In this document: in pieces, positions 54,305 to 63,021 of the stretch
Layout: each line of letters starts with the position of its first letter
Position numbering within the stretch: the stretch's first letter is position 1
NCBI GenBank assembly: GCA_963728425.1
Contig: CAVSKC010000002.1
Span: 74,806 to 138,805, forward strand
DNA from: an uncultured Actinomycetota bacterium
GTDB lineage: Bacteria; Actinomycetota; Actinomycetes; JACCUZ01
DNA: 64,000 nucleotides
Direction: 5' to 3'
The notes under the pieces: model-generated
Seen by the model: only the letters and a program-made list of their open reading frames with translations
Told to the model about the DNA's origin: nothing
Database searches by the model: none
Made by a program: the position numbers and the translations under genes

Positions 54305-56113
54305 CCGCGACGTCGGGCTTCGAGTCGGCTTTGGCGTTGCGAGCGACCGGGTTGCTGGCTTCCTTCAACCAGGCCGGGATCCTGTCGGCCGCCGACGTGC
54401 ACGTGGCGCTGCGGCTGGGGCGGATCGGCGGGGAGACCGACTCGGCTGTGCTGCTGGCGGCCGCGCTGGTGGTGCGGTCGACCCGGCACGGCTCGGTGGT
54501 GCTGGACCTGGCGACCGCGGAGGCGACCACGAGCCCGGACGCGGACCTGGAGTCCGACTCGGCCGTTGTCGAGGTGACCGCGCTCGAGTGGCCGGACGAC
54601 TGGGTGGCGCGGTGCGCGGCGAGCGTCCTGGTCGGCGGGCCGTTGCGGATGAGCGGCTCGCGGCTCTGGCTGGCGCGGTACTGGGACCAGGAGGAGCAGG
54701 TCGCGGCCGAGCTGCTGGAGCGGTCGGCGGTTTCGCCAGCGGACCTCGACACCGCGGTGTTGTCGGCCGGGCTGGCGCGGCTGTTCCCGGGAGCGGGTGA
54801 CCTCGACCAGCGGGCCGCCGCCGAGGCCTGCGCGCTGTCGCGGGTGAGCGTCCTGGCCGGCGGACCGGGCACCGGCAAGACCACGACGGTGAGCCGGCTG
54901 CTGGCGCTGCTGCGCGAGCAGCACCCGGAGTGGCGGATCGCGCTGGCCGCACCGACCGGCAAGGCGGCGGCCCGGCTGGAGGAGGCGGTGCGGTCGTCGA
55001 CGGCGTCGTTGCCGGCTGAGGACCGCCTGCGGCTCGGTGAGCTGCCGGCCACCACGCTGCACCGGCTGCTCGGCTGGCGGCCGGAGGCGCGCAGCCGGTT
55101 CCGGCACGACCGCACCAACCGGCTGCCGGTCGAGGTCGTGGTGGTCGACGAGGCCTCGATGGTGTCGCTGACGATGATGGCCCGGCTGCTCGAGGCGTTG
55201 CGACCGGCCACCCGGCTGGTGCTGGTGGGCGACCCGGACCAGCTCGCGTCGGTCGAGGCGGGGGCAGTGCTCGGTGACCTGGTCGATGCGGGGTCGCAGG
55301 TGGCGGTCGCCGACGCTGGCGACCAACCGGCGGTTCCCGGCGACCAGCGGCATCGCGCTGCTGGCCGCAGCCGTGCAGGACGGACGGGGCGTCGACGCAT
55401 TGGCTGTGCTGCGCTCCGACGACACCCCCGAGGTCGAGCTGGTCGAGGTCGCCGACGGCGCGGCCCTCCCGGCGTACCAGCTGGACGGGGTGAAGGCGGA
55501 CGTCACGATCAGCGGGTTGGCGCTGCTCGACGCGGCCGAGCGCGGTGACGCGGCGGCGGCGCTGGAGGCGCTGGACCGGCACCGGCTGCTGTGCGCGCAC
55601 CGTCGTGGGCCGCGCGGGGTGGCGCACTGGAGCGCGCTGGCCGCGCGGTGGATCGCCGACGAGCACCCGGTGGTGCCGCGGGCGGACGGGCGGTACGCGG
55701 GCGAGCCGCTGATGGTGACGGCGAACGACTACGAGATCGGGCTCTACAACGGCGACACCGGCGTGGTGGTCGACGACGGCGCGGGCGGGCTGGTGGCGGC
55801 GTTTGGCCGGGGCGGCGCACCGATCCTCGTGCCGCTCGTGCGGCTCGGTGCGGTGCGGCCGCTGCACGCGATGACGGTGCACCGCAGCCAGGGCAGCCAG
55901 TTCGCCCGGATCACGGTGCTGCTGCCGGCGGCGGGGTCACCGCTGGGCACGCGCGAGACGCTGTACACCGCGGTGACCCGGGCAACCACGCACGTGCGGG
56001 TGATCGGCTCGGCCGAGGCGCTCGTCGAGGCGGTGGCCCGGCCGGCCGCCCGCGCCACCGGGCTGCGCGAGCGGCTCAGTGGCGGGCTCGACGGACCGCA
56101 CCCCCTCAACTGA
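54301..56113 (+). pseudogene. recD: Exodeoxyribonuclease V alpha subunit; one frameshift near 55309-55313
   Basis: The ATG at 54301 overlaps the recB stop (ATGA). VSVLAGGPGTGKTTTV, VVVVDEASMV and LVLVGDPDQLASVEAG are in the frame of ORF 53833..55548. The rest (TNRRFPATSGI...MTVHRSQGSQF...LYTAVTRA) is in ORF 55274..56113. Confidence 0.9.
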
Positions 56114-56172
56114 AACGTCCGGCGCCCCTGTCGCGCCGTTTTGGTCGCCGGTCGTTTCACTCGACGTGGTCC
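56106..56172. repeat. Family-1 hairpin element, copy 1 (overlaps the recD stop codon)
   Basis: tcaacTGAAACGtCCGGCGcccctgtcgcgccgttttggtCGCCGGtCGTTTCActcgacgtggtcc. About 62 of 67 positions are identical to 58448-58514. Confidence 0.85.
56120..56142 (+). terminator. Possible intrinsic terminator after recD (inner hairpin of the repeat)
   Basis: CGGCGC ccctgtc GCGCCG followed by TTTT. The stem is only 6 bp, so this is weak. Confidence 0.3.
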
Positions 56173-56388
56173 GCGAGGTCATCGTCCGAGTCGAGCACCG
56201 ACGCGACGCCTACCGGCCGATGTAGCGACCAGGAGCCCTGGTGAGCGGGCGCGCTGGGGCCTCCGCGGATCGATCTTGGTCAGCGTGGCTGGCGTGGCCA
56301 CTGGCGGCAAACTTTGCGTTGACGCGACCCGGTCACCGGCCGATTATCGCGCTACGACGTGCCACCCAGCGAATTGTGCGAGGCAGCC

Positions 56389-58020
56389 ATGAGCGCACGA
56401 CGACGTCACCTTGTTGTTGCCGTGGCAACGGCGCTCCTGGTGAGCCTGATTGGCGGCGTGCGACCAGCCGACGCCGCGCCGCAGACGAAGGCCAACTGGA
56501 GCCCGTGCTTCCGGGCAGCGGGACCCTTCCAATGTGCGACGGTCGGAGTTCCGCTCGACTATGACCAGCCGAACGCTACCCAGATCTCGATCGCGATGGT
56601 GCGTCTCCCCGCGGCGAACCCGGCGTTGCGTCAAGGCTCGCTGTTCATCAATCCCGGCGGCCCGGGCGGGTCGGGGGTGGACTTCGCCGTCGGCGCTGCA
56701 CCGTTCCTGTTCACTCAAGACGTCCGGGACCGCTTCGACATCGTCGGGTTCGATCCCCGCGGTGTCATCCGTAGCGCGCCGCTTCGGTGCTTCGGCACGC
56801 CGAGGCAATGGGATCCAGCCTTCGCCCCAGTTGCCTTCCCCATGACGGACGACGAGGTTGCCGCCTGGGAGGCCGGGGACCGCTACCTCGACAGCGCCTG
56901 CGCCCGGCGCGGGGGCGCGATCATCGACCACATGTCCACGGCCAATGTCGCACGGGACCTGGACCAGCTGCGCCAGGCGGTCGGGGACCAGAAACTGACC
57001 TACTACGGCGTGTCCTACGGGACCATGTTCGGCCAGACCTACGCCAACATGTTCCCGCACAACTTCCGGGCACTCGCCATCGATGGTGTGCTGGACCCGA
57101 TCGCCTGGACGACCGGAGCTCCCGGCGAGCAAGGGCTACCGTTCTCGACCCGACTGCGCAGCGACGTTGGCGCCCGGGACACGTTGTTCGAGTTCTTCCG
57201 GCTGTGCGATGCAGGTGGGGACGCGTGTCCGCTGGCTGGCGGCACGGGCGCCGCAGCGCGATTTGCCGCCCTGGCCGACAAGCTGCGGACGGGGCCCATC
57301 CCCATCGAGGACCCGTCGACCGGTGAGACATTCGACTACAACTACTCGTTCCTCATCGGCGACACGCTCGGGGCGATGTACGACTCGTTCAGCTGGCCCG
57401 ACTTCGCGGAGTTCCTGTCCTTCCTCGAGTCGCAGGCGAGCGCCACCAGTCTGGGCCGCGCGTTGTCCACAGTGCGGGGCACCTCGGCACTGGCAGCGTC
57501 GTCGAACGAGCTGTCGCGAGCCGCGACGGGCTATGTCACGAAGCGTGGCTTCCCGCAGTACCCGAACTTCATCGAGAGCTTCCCGGCCGTGGCTTGCGCC
57601 GACTCGGACAACCCCTCCTCCTACGAGGCGTGGGTCGCTGCCGGGGCCGCCGCCGACGCCGCCTACGGGTACTTCGGCCGGATCTGGACGTGGGCATCGG
57701 CCATCTGCGCGGAATGGCCCGGTGCGGACGGTGACCGGTACATGGGTCCGTTCGACCGTACGACGGACAACCCGGTGCTCGTGGTCGGCGCCAAGTGGGA
57801 CCCCGCCACCCGGTACCAAGGCGCGGTGATCGCCCACAACCTGCTCCCGAACTCGGCGCTTCTCACCGTGAACTCGTGGGGGCACACCTCGCTCTTCACC
57901 TCGGCCTGCGCGGACGCGGCCATCGCCGCCTATCTCATCTCGACCGCTACCCCGCCCCCGAACACGGTCTGCAGCCAGGACCTCGTGCCCTGGGTCGACT
58001 TCGGCCCTGGCGGCCCATGA
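56389..58020 (+). CDS. Secreted alpha/beta hydrolase of the tripeptidyl-aminopeptidase (TAP) type
   Basis: Track ORF 56359..58020 trimmed to the ATG at 56389 (signal peptide LVVAVATALLVSLIGGVRPADA). LFINPGGPGGSGVDF, YYGVSYGT, and the C-terminal TAP-like domain ...NSWGHTS. Confidence 0.85.
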   Translation: MSARRRHLVVAVATALLVSLIGGVRPADAAPQTKANWSPCFRAAGPFQCATVGVPLDYDQPNATQISIAMVRLPAANPALRQGSLFINPGGPGGSGVDFAVGAAPFLFTQDVRDRFDIVGFDPRGVIRSAPLRCFGTPRQWDPAFAPVAFPMTDDEVAAWEAGDRYLDSACARRGGAIIDHMSTANVARDLDQLRQAVGDQKLTYYGVSYGTMFGQTYANMFPHNFRALAIDGVLDPIAWTTGAPGEQGLPFSTRLRSDVGARDTLFEFFRLCDAGGDACPLAGGTGAAARFAALADKLRTGPIPIEDPSTGETFDYNYSFLIGDTLGAMYDSFSWPDFAEFLSFLESQASATSLGRALSTVRGTSALAASSNELSRAATGYVTKRGFPQYPNFIESFPAVACADSDNPSSYEAWVAAGAAADAAYGYFGRIWTWASAICAEWPGADGDRYMGPFDRTTDNPVLVVGAKWDPATRYQGAVIAHNLLPNSALLTVNSWGHTSLFTSACADAAIAAYLISTATPPPNTVCSQDLVPWVDFGPGGP

Positions 58021-58156
58021 CAGGCAGCCGTGGGCATGCGAAGTACGCGGCTGACCCCACCTAGCCAGCGAGCCGACCCGGCGGTTGACTGTCCTCCGTA
58101 GCCGATGGTGATCGTCGGCCCGCGGATCGCACCGCGCTGGACGAGGGAGAACGAGC

Positions 58157-58417
58157 GTGCTGTTCCACATCGAGCAGGTCCACAGCCCGGAGAACTGCCC
58201 CTACGGCAAGGGTGGCTCGGGGTCGCTGCACGACGCGTCGGTGGCCGGCGTCGAGGTCAAGGGCTTCTACGGCTCCTTCATGGAGCACACGATCTACCTG
58301 GTCGTCGAGGCGCACGACGTCGAACGGCTCAACCAGTTCCTGCTCCCCGGGATGAAGGTCTGCACGGCCAGGATCACGCCGGTCAGCGAGCGACCGATGC
58401 CGGTCCAAGGCGGCTGA
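58157..58417 (+). CDS. Small hypothetical protein (DUF3303-like)
   Basis: Track ORF, 86 aa. MLFHIEQVHSPENCPYGKGG...FYGSFMEHTIYLVVEAHDVERLNQFLLPG. Confidence 0.55.
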   Translation: MLFHIEQVHSPENCPYGKGGSGSLHDASVAGVEVKGFYGSFMEHTIYLVVEAHDVERLNQFLLPGMKVCTARITPVSERPMPVQGG

Positions 58418-58447
58418 CTGGCCGCGGGCTCGACCGACGGCAGCCTG

Positions 58448-58514
58448 TCAACTGAAACGTCCGGCGCCTCTGTCGCGCCCATTCGGTCGCCAGTCGTTTC
58501 ACTCGACGTGGTCC
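58448..58514. repeat. Family-1 hairpin element, copy 2
   Basis: tcaacTGAAACGtCCGGCGcctctgtcgcgcccattcggtCGCCaGtCGTTTCActcgacgtggtcc. It lies 2342 bp downstream of copy 1 in the same orientation. Confidence 0.85.
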
Positions 58515-58598
58515 TGCGGGCGACAAGGGCCGGATGAAGTCACCCAGACTTCACCTGGACGCAGCACGACCGAGACGTGGCGCGTCGAGGATTGCCTC

Positions 58599-58742
58599 AT
58601 GACCCACATGGACCCACTGCCCGAGCTCTGCGACTGCGGCCAGCCGGTCGAGCCCTGCGCTGGTTGCTCTGCTCCGCGGTGCACGTCCTGCGAGCCCTAC
58701 GTTTCCGAGGACTGCACCGTCGTGTTCTCCCGCGCGAGCTAG
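58599..58742 (+). CDS. Possible 47-aa Cys-rich (zinc-ribbon-like) peptide
   Basis: Unlisted ORF MTHMDPLPELCDCGQPVEPCAGCSAPRCTSCEPYVSEDCTVVFSRAS. GAGGA lies about 9 nt upstream, and third positions are mostly G/C. Confidence 0.3.
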   Translation: MTHMDPLPELCDCGQPVEPCAGCSAPRCTSCEPYVSEDCTVVFSRAS

Positions 58743-58767
58743 CAGCCGCGACAGCTCGAGCGCGCTC

Positions 58768-58798
58768 AAGATCCCCAAAGTTGCATGATCAATGCGGG
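58768..58798. repeat. Family-2 element, single unit (AAGATCCCCAAAGTTGCATGATCAAtGCGGG)
   Basis: It matches units at 63047-63073 and 63104-63130. It lies between convergent gene ends. Confidence 0.8.
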
Positions 58799-58835
58799 AG
58801 TTGGGGGCGCGGCCGGGCGCGTCGGTTGGCAGCAG

Positions 58836-59290
58836 TCAGCCGATGGCGGTGAGGTCGCGGGCCCGGCGTACGGCCTCCAGCCGGGAGGACACCCCGAGCT
58901 TCGCGAGGATCGCCGAGACGTGGTGCCCACCGTCTTCTCCGACAGGTGCAACTTGGCCGCGATCTCCGCGTTCCTTGCCGGACGGCCTCCTCGTACCAGG
59001 GCAGCACCTCGGTCCGGATCCGCTCGATGTCGCCCTCGAGCAGGTACACCTCGCCGCGGGACTGGGCAATGAAACCCTGGTAGTTCAACGACTGGGACTT
59101 CTCGATGTGCTCGCGCGCCTCGTCCAACAGCTCCCACACGCGGTTGGCATCACCTCGCCGCGCGCTCAGGACGGCCGGGCTCATGGCCTCGAGCGCGGCG
59201 AGCCCGGCATCACCCCAGGCCGTCTCGAGCGTCGCCGGCCGTCGACCGCTCTCGTGCACGGGTTGCGACGAGCTCCTGCGGTCGGCACCA
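58836..59290 (-). pseudogene. Remnant of a LuxR-family (GerE HTH) regulator, C-terminal part only, at least 2 frameshifts
   Basis: ...VWELLDEAREHIEKSQSLNYQGFIAQSRGEVYLLEGDIERIRTEVLPWYEEAVR, then NAEIAAKLHLSEKTV, then HHVSAILAKLGVSSRLEAVRRARDLTAIG, in three frames (ORFs 58789..59646, 58766..59137, 58836..59069). The upstream extent is unclear. Confidence 0.45.
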
Positions 59291-59735
59291 GGAGGCGCTG
59301 GCCGGTGGCCACCACTTCGGTCCATCTCGGCGTGCTCGGCCCGCCGCGGCGCTGCACCGCGAGACCGAGTGCGCACTGCGCCAGCCACCTCGTCGTACAC
59401 CTCTGGACCCGACGCGTCTCTCGTCGCACCACCTGGGTCCTGGCCGGCGCGGCAGCCGTGGCGATCGCCGCCGGCAGCGTCGTCGTCGGCCTTCAGCTGG
59501 CCGGTGCCGATCCGACCACGGGGGTCGTCGGCAGCGTCCGCTCGGCAGTCGGCAACGACGCCGCGGGGACGCAGCACGGGCAGGGACCGGCTCGCGCGGC
59601 CGACGCACGGGATGCGGCGAGCATCGTGGCCGCCCAGGTCGCACACGGGGCCGCTGGCGGGCTCAGCGGCGCCGCCGGCAACCCGCTGCTTCCGTGACCA
59701 GACCGATCGCGAGCATGGTGTAGTAACCTTGCACC

Positions 59736-60053
59736 ATGCTCGTTGTCGACGGTGTAGAGATGCTGGACGTCCGGGAGACAGCCCGGCTGGCCGGCCGCAC
59801 GCCCGAGACGGTGCGTCGCTGGATCTGGTCCGGCCGCCTGGCCGCCCGGCGCCACGGCAGCAAGCTGCTGGTCACCCGGGACGACGTCGACCGGCTGATC
59901 CACAGTCGACCGGCACCCGCCCGGCTGACCCTGGCAGCCTGGGCCAAGGCCGTCGACGAGCAACGCGAGGCCGGCAACCTCGGCGGCGCGTCGGCCGACT
60001 CGTCCGCGGCCGACCTGGTGCTCGACGACCGGGCCCGTCGTCAGGCCGGCTGA
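59736..60053 (+). CDS. Excisionase/MerR-type HTH protein, antitoxin candidate
   Basis: Track ORF. LDVRETARLAGRTPETVRRWIWSGRLAARRHGSKLLVTRDDVDRL. Its stop overlaps the PIN gene start. The start is at 59736 or 59760. Confidence 0.7.
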   Translation: MLVVDGVEMLDVRETARLAGRTPETVRRWIWSGRLAARRHGSKLLVTRDDVDRLIHSRPAPARLTLAAWAKAVDEQREAGNLGGASADSSAADLVLDDRARRQAG

Positions 60054-60469
60054 TGCCGGTCGTCGACGCGAGCATCGTCGTCGACTGGGTGGCGCCCGGC
60101 GTCGACCCCGGCGGCCCCGCGGCGCGGTTGCTCGCCCGGCTGGGCAGCGCCAGCGAGGCAGTCCTCGCTCCGCGGCTGGTGCTCGAGGAGACCGCGAACG
60201 CGCTGGTGACCGGCATCCGCCGGCGCCGCTGGACCGGAGCCCAGGCCGACACAGCGTTTCTGCTACTCCGGCAGCTCCCGATCGAGCTGCTCGATCAGCC
60301 GCAGGACCTGGACCGTGCCTACGAGCTGTCCCGACGCTACGACGAGCACCCGGTGTACGACCTCGTCTACGTCGCGCTGGCCGAGCGGCTCGGCGAGCAG
60401 CTCGTGACAGCCGACGATGCCCTTCGGCGCCGGCTCGCCGCGATGCCCTTCGTCGTCGGCCCCGGCTGA
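60053..60469 (+). CDS. vapC: PIN-domain ribonuclease toxin (VapC-like)
   Basis: The ATG at 60053 overlaps the upstream TGA. MPVVDASIVVDW...LVLEETANAL...YDLVYVALAERLGEQLVTADDAL (C-terminal part of track ORF 59105..60469). Confidence 0.75.
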   Translation: MPVVDASIVVDWVAPGVDPGGPAARLLARLGSASEAVLAPRLVLEETANALVTGIRRRRWTGAQADTAFLLLRQLPIELLDQPQDLDRAYELSRRYDEHPVYDLVYVALAERLGEQLVTADDALRRRLAAMPFVVGPG

Positions 60470-60546
60470 CCGGCCCTACCGCGGCGTCTTGCTCTCGACC
60501 TTGGCCAATTCACCTCGGTCGACCACCAGTGATCACGGATCCGTGA

Positions 60547-61143
60547 TCAATCGGAGGCTGAGGAGGCAGCGAGGCCGGCGGTGGTGAGGACCAGGGTCGT
60601 CATCGCGTCCACGGCCTCCTGCTGGGTCAGCCCGCCGTCCAGGCAGAGCGACCGCCAGGTCCAGAACGAGATCGCGTGCCGGATCACGCCGGTCAGCCGG
60701 CGCCGCCGAGCAGCGCCACGGACCGTCCTGAAGGCCGCGAGCAGGGCCTCCCGCTGGGCCACCTCGGCCGCGGCGTTGCGCGCCTGGATGGTCGGCGGCA
60801 GCGCCTCGTGGTCGCGACGGATGCGAGTCAGCATCGGCTCGCCCTCGGCGTAGAACCGATAGAGGTCCGCCAGCGCGACCCGGAGCCGCTCGGCCGGGTC
60901 AGGCACCTGCAGCCAGGCCGGTACGTCGGGGTAGGTCTGCCCGCTGCCCCAGTGCGCGCTGCACGCGGCGAACAGCGCCTCGGCGTCCGGGAAGTGCCGG
61001 TAGACGGTGAGCCGGGTGACGCCGGCCTCCTGCGCCACCGCGGACACCGTCGTGGCCGCCGGCCCCACGCTGCCGTGCAGCCGGACCGCGGCCTCGACGA
61101 TGTCCTGCCGGGTCGCGGCGACGTCCTGGGCCCGCTTGTCCAT
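60547..61143 (-). CDS. TetR family transcriptional regulator
   Basis: Track ORF. TRQDIVEAAVRLHGSVGPAATTVSAVAQEAGVTRLTVYRHFPD. Confidence 0.85.
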   Translation of the reverse strand: MDKRAQDVAATRQDIVEAAVRLHGSVGPAATTVSAVAQEAGVTRLTVYRHFPDAEALFAACSAHWGSGQTYPDVPAWLQVPDPAERLRVALADLYRFYAEGEPMLTRIRRDHEALPPTIQARNAAAEVAQREALLAAFRTVRGAARRRRLTGVIRHAISFWTWRSLCLDGGLTQQEAVDAMTTLVLTTAGLAASSASD

Positions 61144-61216
61144 GCGGTACGCCCGCCGCCGGCACCCGACTTCTCGTCACTCACCTCTTGACAACTCCTC
61201 TGCGTCGAGCAACTCT

Positions 61217-61246
61217 ATTTCAGTCTACACTCCTGTTCACTGAAAT
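61217..61246. promoter_or_regulatory. Candidate TetR operator in the TetR/cupin divergent region
   Basis: ATTTCAGT ctacactcctgttc ACTGAAAT, with a TTGACA at about 61186-61191 and GAGAGGAG before the cupin ATG. Confidence 0.45.
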
Positions 61247-61261
61247 CGAGAGGAGCTCGGC

Positions 61262-61780
61262 ATGACCATCTCAGCACCACCGGACCTGACCATCCTCCAG
61301 CCCGGCGAGGGCCGCAGCGGCCAACTGGGCAGCATCGGCGTCGACTTCAAGTTCTGGGGCGCCGACACCGGCGGCACCCTCTCGGTCGTCGAGCACCCGT
61401 TCCCCGTCGGCGCGCTGGTGCCGCCGCACCTGCACACCCGCGAGGACGAGTACTCCATCGTCACCGAGGGCGAGATCGGCTTCCGGTCCGGCGACCGCGA
61501 GGTCGTGCTCGGCGCCGGCGGCTACATCACCAAGCCGCGCGGCGAGATGCACACGATGTGGAACGCCGGCAAGGTCCCGGCCCGCATGATCGAGATCATC
61601 CAGCCGGCCGGGTTCGAGGACTTCTTCGCGGCGATGTCGGACATGCTCACCAGCGGGCCGCCCGAGCCGGAGAAGCTGATGGCGCTCGCCGAGCGGCACG
61701 GTCTGGAGTTCGGCGAGCCGCCGTGGCTGGCCGACGTCATCAAGCGCTACGACCTCACGCCGCCCCCCGGGCCGCGGTAA
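61262..61780 (+). CDS. Cupin domain protein
   Basis: Track ORF. GGTLSVVEHPFPVGALVPPHLHTREDEYSIVTEGEIGF...GEMHTMWN. Confidence 0.8.
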   Translation: MTISAPPDLTILQPGEGRSGQLGSIGVDFKFWGADTGGTLSVVEHPFPVGALVPPHLHTREDEYSIVTEGEIGFRSGDREVVLGAGGYITKPRGEMHTMWNAGKVPARMIEIIQPAGFEDFFAAMSDMLTSGPPEPEKLMALAERHGLEFGEPPWLADVIKRYDLTPPPGPR

Positions 61781-61805
61781 GACCTAGGACGGGCACTATG
61801 GGGCC

Positions 61806-62692
61806 GTGATCACCGCGGTCGAGCCGTTGACCGACGTCCAGACCTGGCTGCGCGGGGACGCGCTCGAGATCCTGCTCATCGTCTCGGGCGCGATCCTGGC
61901 GGCCCGGGCCGTGGGCTGGGTCGGGGAGCTCACCACCGGCCGGATCGATGCCAACGCTGCAGGAGTCCGACGCGCTGGTCCGGTCCGAGGCCGCCAAGCA
62001 CCGGCACGCCCTGACCCAGGTCGTCACCTGGACCGTCGTGGTCGCGATCTACGTCGTCGCGGGCGATCCTGGTGGCGCAGCGGCTGGGCGTGCCGATGAG
62101 CGGGCTGGTGGGACCGGCCGCGGTCGTCGGCGTCGCACTCGGGTTCGGGGCGCAGCGCCTGGTGCAGGACGTGCTCTCCGGCTTCTTCGTCATCACCGAG
62201 CGCCAGTACGGGTACGGCGACGTGGTCCGGCTCTCGGTCGTCGGCATCGGTGCGCCGGTGCAAGGCACCGTCGAGGACGTCACCCTGCGGGTCACCCAGC
62301 TGCGCACGGTGAACGGTGAGGTCGTCATCACGCCCAACGGGCAGATCGTGCAGGCGACCAACCTGTCGCGCGACTGGGCCCGGGCCGTGATCGACGTGCC
62401 GGTGCCTAGCACCGCAGACGTCAGCACCGTGACGGGGATCCTGCAGGACGTCGGCACCGCGGCGTACGCGGACGACGATCTGCGGCCACTGCTGCTCGAC
62501 GCGCCCACCGTCATGGGTGTGGAGAGCATCGAGGTCGACACGCTCAACATCCGGATCGTGGCCCGGACTCTGCCGGGCAAGCAGTTCCAGGTCGGCCGGA
62601 TGATGCGGGCCCGGATCGCCGACGCGCTGCGCATCGAGGGCATCATCGTGGCGCCGTCGCTGAACACCGACGAGCCGAGCGGACAGTCGTGA
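61806..62692 (+). pseudogene. MscS-family mechanosensitive channel; two frameshifts (about 61948-61952, about 62064-62066)
   Basis: ORFs 61806..62099, 61948..62319 and 62072..62692. VGVALGFGAQRLVQDVLSGFFVITERQYGYGDVVRL...GTVEDVTLRVTQLRTVNGEVVITPNGQI. Confidence 0.8.
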
Positions 62693-63012
62693 GAGCGCTG
62701 AGGCGGATCCGGCCGACCACCTGGGCGCTGGCGGTGTTCTTCGTCGTGACCCTCGTCGTCTACCTTCTGGTCCGACCGCCGCCCCCGCCGCAGGTCGTCG
62801 TCATCCCCGCGCAGACGACCACGCCGAGCCCGACACCGTCGCCGACGCACACGAAGAAGCCGACCAAGACACCGACGCCGACGGTCACCAGCACGACACC
62901 CACGCCGTCGACGTCGCTGACACCGACTGTCACGCCCACCGGCTCGCCGTCGGTGACCGGCACACCCGTCCCCAGCACGAGCGGCCCGGAGGTCACGACC
63001 AGCACCCCGTGA
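62689..63012 (+). CDS. Membrane-anchored Thr/Pro-rich protein
   Basis: Track ORF. The GTG overlaps the mscS stop. It has one TM (WALAVFFVVTLVVYLLV) followed by a TPSPTPSPT-type low-complexity region. Confidence 0.55.
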   Translation: MRALRRIRPTTWALAVFFVVTLVVYLLVRPPPPPQVVVIPAQTTTPSPTPSPTHTKKPTKTPTPTVTSTTPTPSTSLTPTVTPTGSPSVTGTPVPSTSGPEVTTSTP

Positions 63013-63021
63013 CCCCACAGT

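Noticed and set aside
46185-55882. Many 300-800-aa minus-strand ORFs across recC, recB and recD (for example 46185..48410, 47173..49557, 51206..53080, 53919..55400, 54365..55882).
   Set aside because: They are antisense or overprinted frames of unmistakable RecBCD genes. Their translations are Ser/Arg/Pro/Ala strings.
56106-58514. Family-1 repeats as integron attC sites flanking a gene cassette.
   Set aside because: The termini (TGAAACG/CGTTTCA) do not fit the RYYYAAC...GTTRRRY attC cores. No intI gene or attI is present, and the third copy lies between ordinary convergent genes.
59332-59697. A plus-strand ORF with a TM-like segment (TTWVLAGAAAVAIAAGSVVVGLQLAG...) and high GC3.
   Set aside because: It has no credible start or RBS, and its N-terminal part is Arg/Cys/His-rich. 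It lies antisense to the decayed LuxR-family region, where mirrored codon bias can mimic coding signal. I left it uncalled.
60529-60550. The 22-bp near-perfect palindrome GTGATCACGGATCCGTGATCAa as a family-2 repeat member.
   Set aside because: It shares only the TGATCA core with family 2. It overlaps the TetR stop between convergent genes and is more likely a local terminator-type hairpin.
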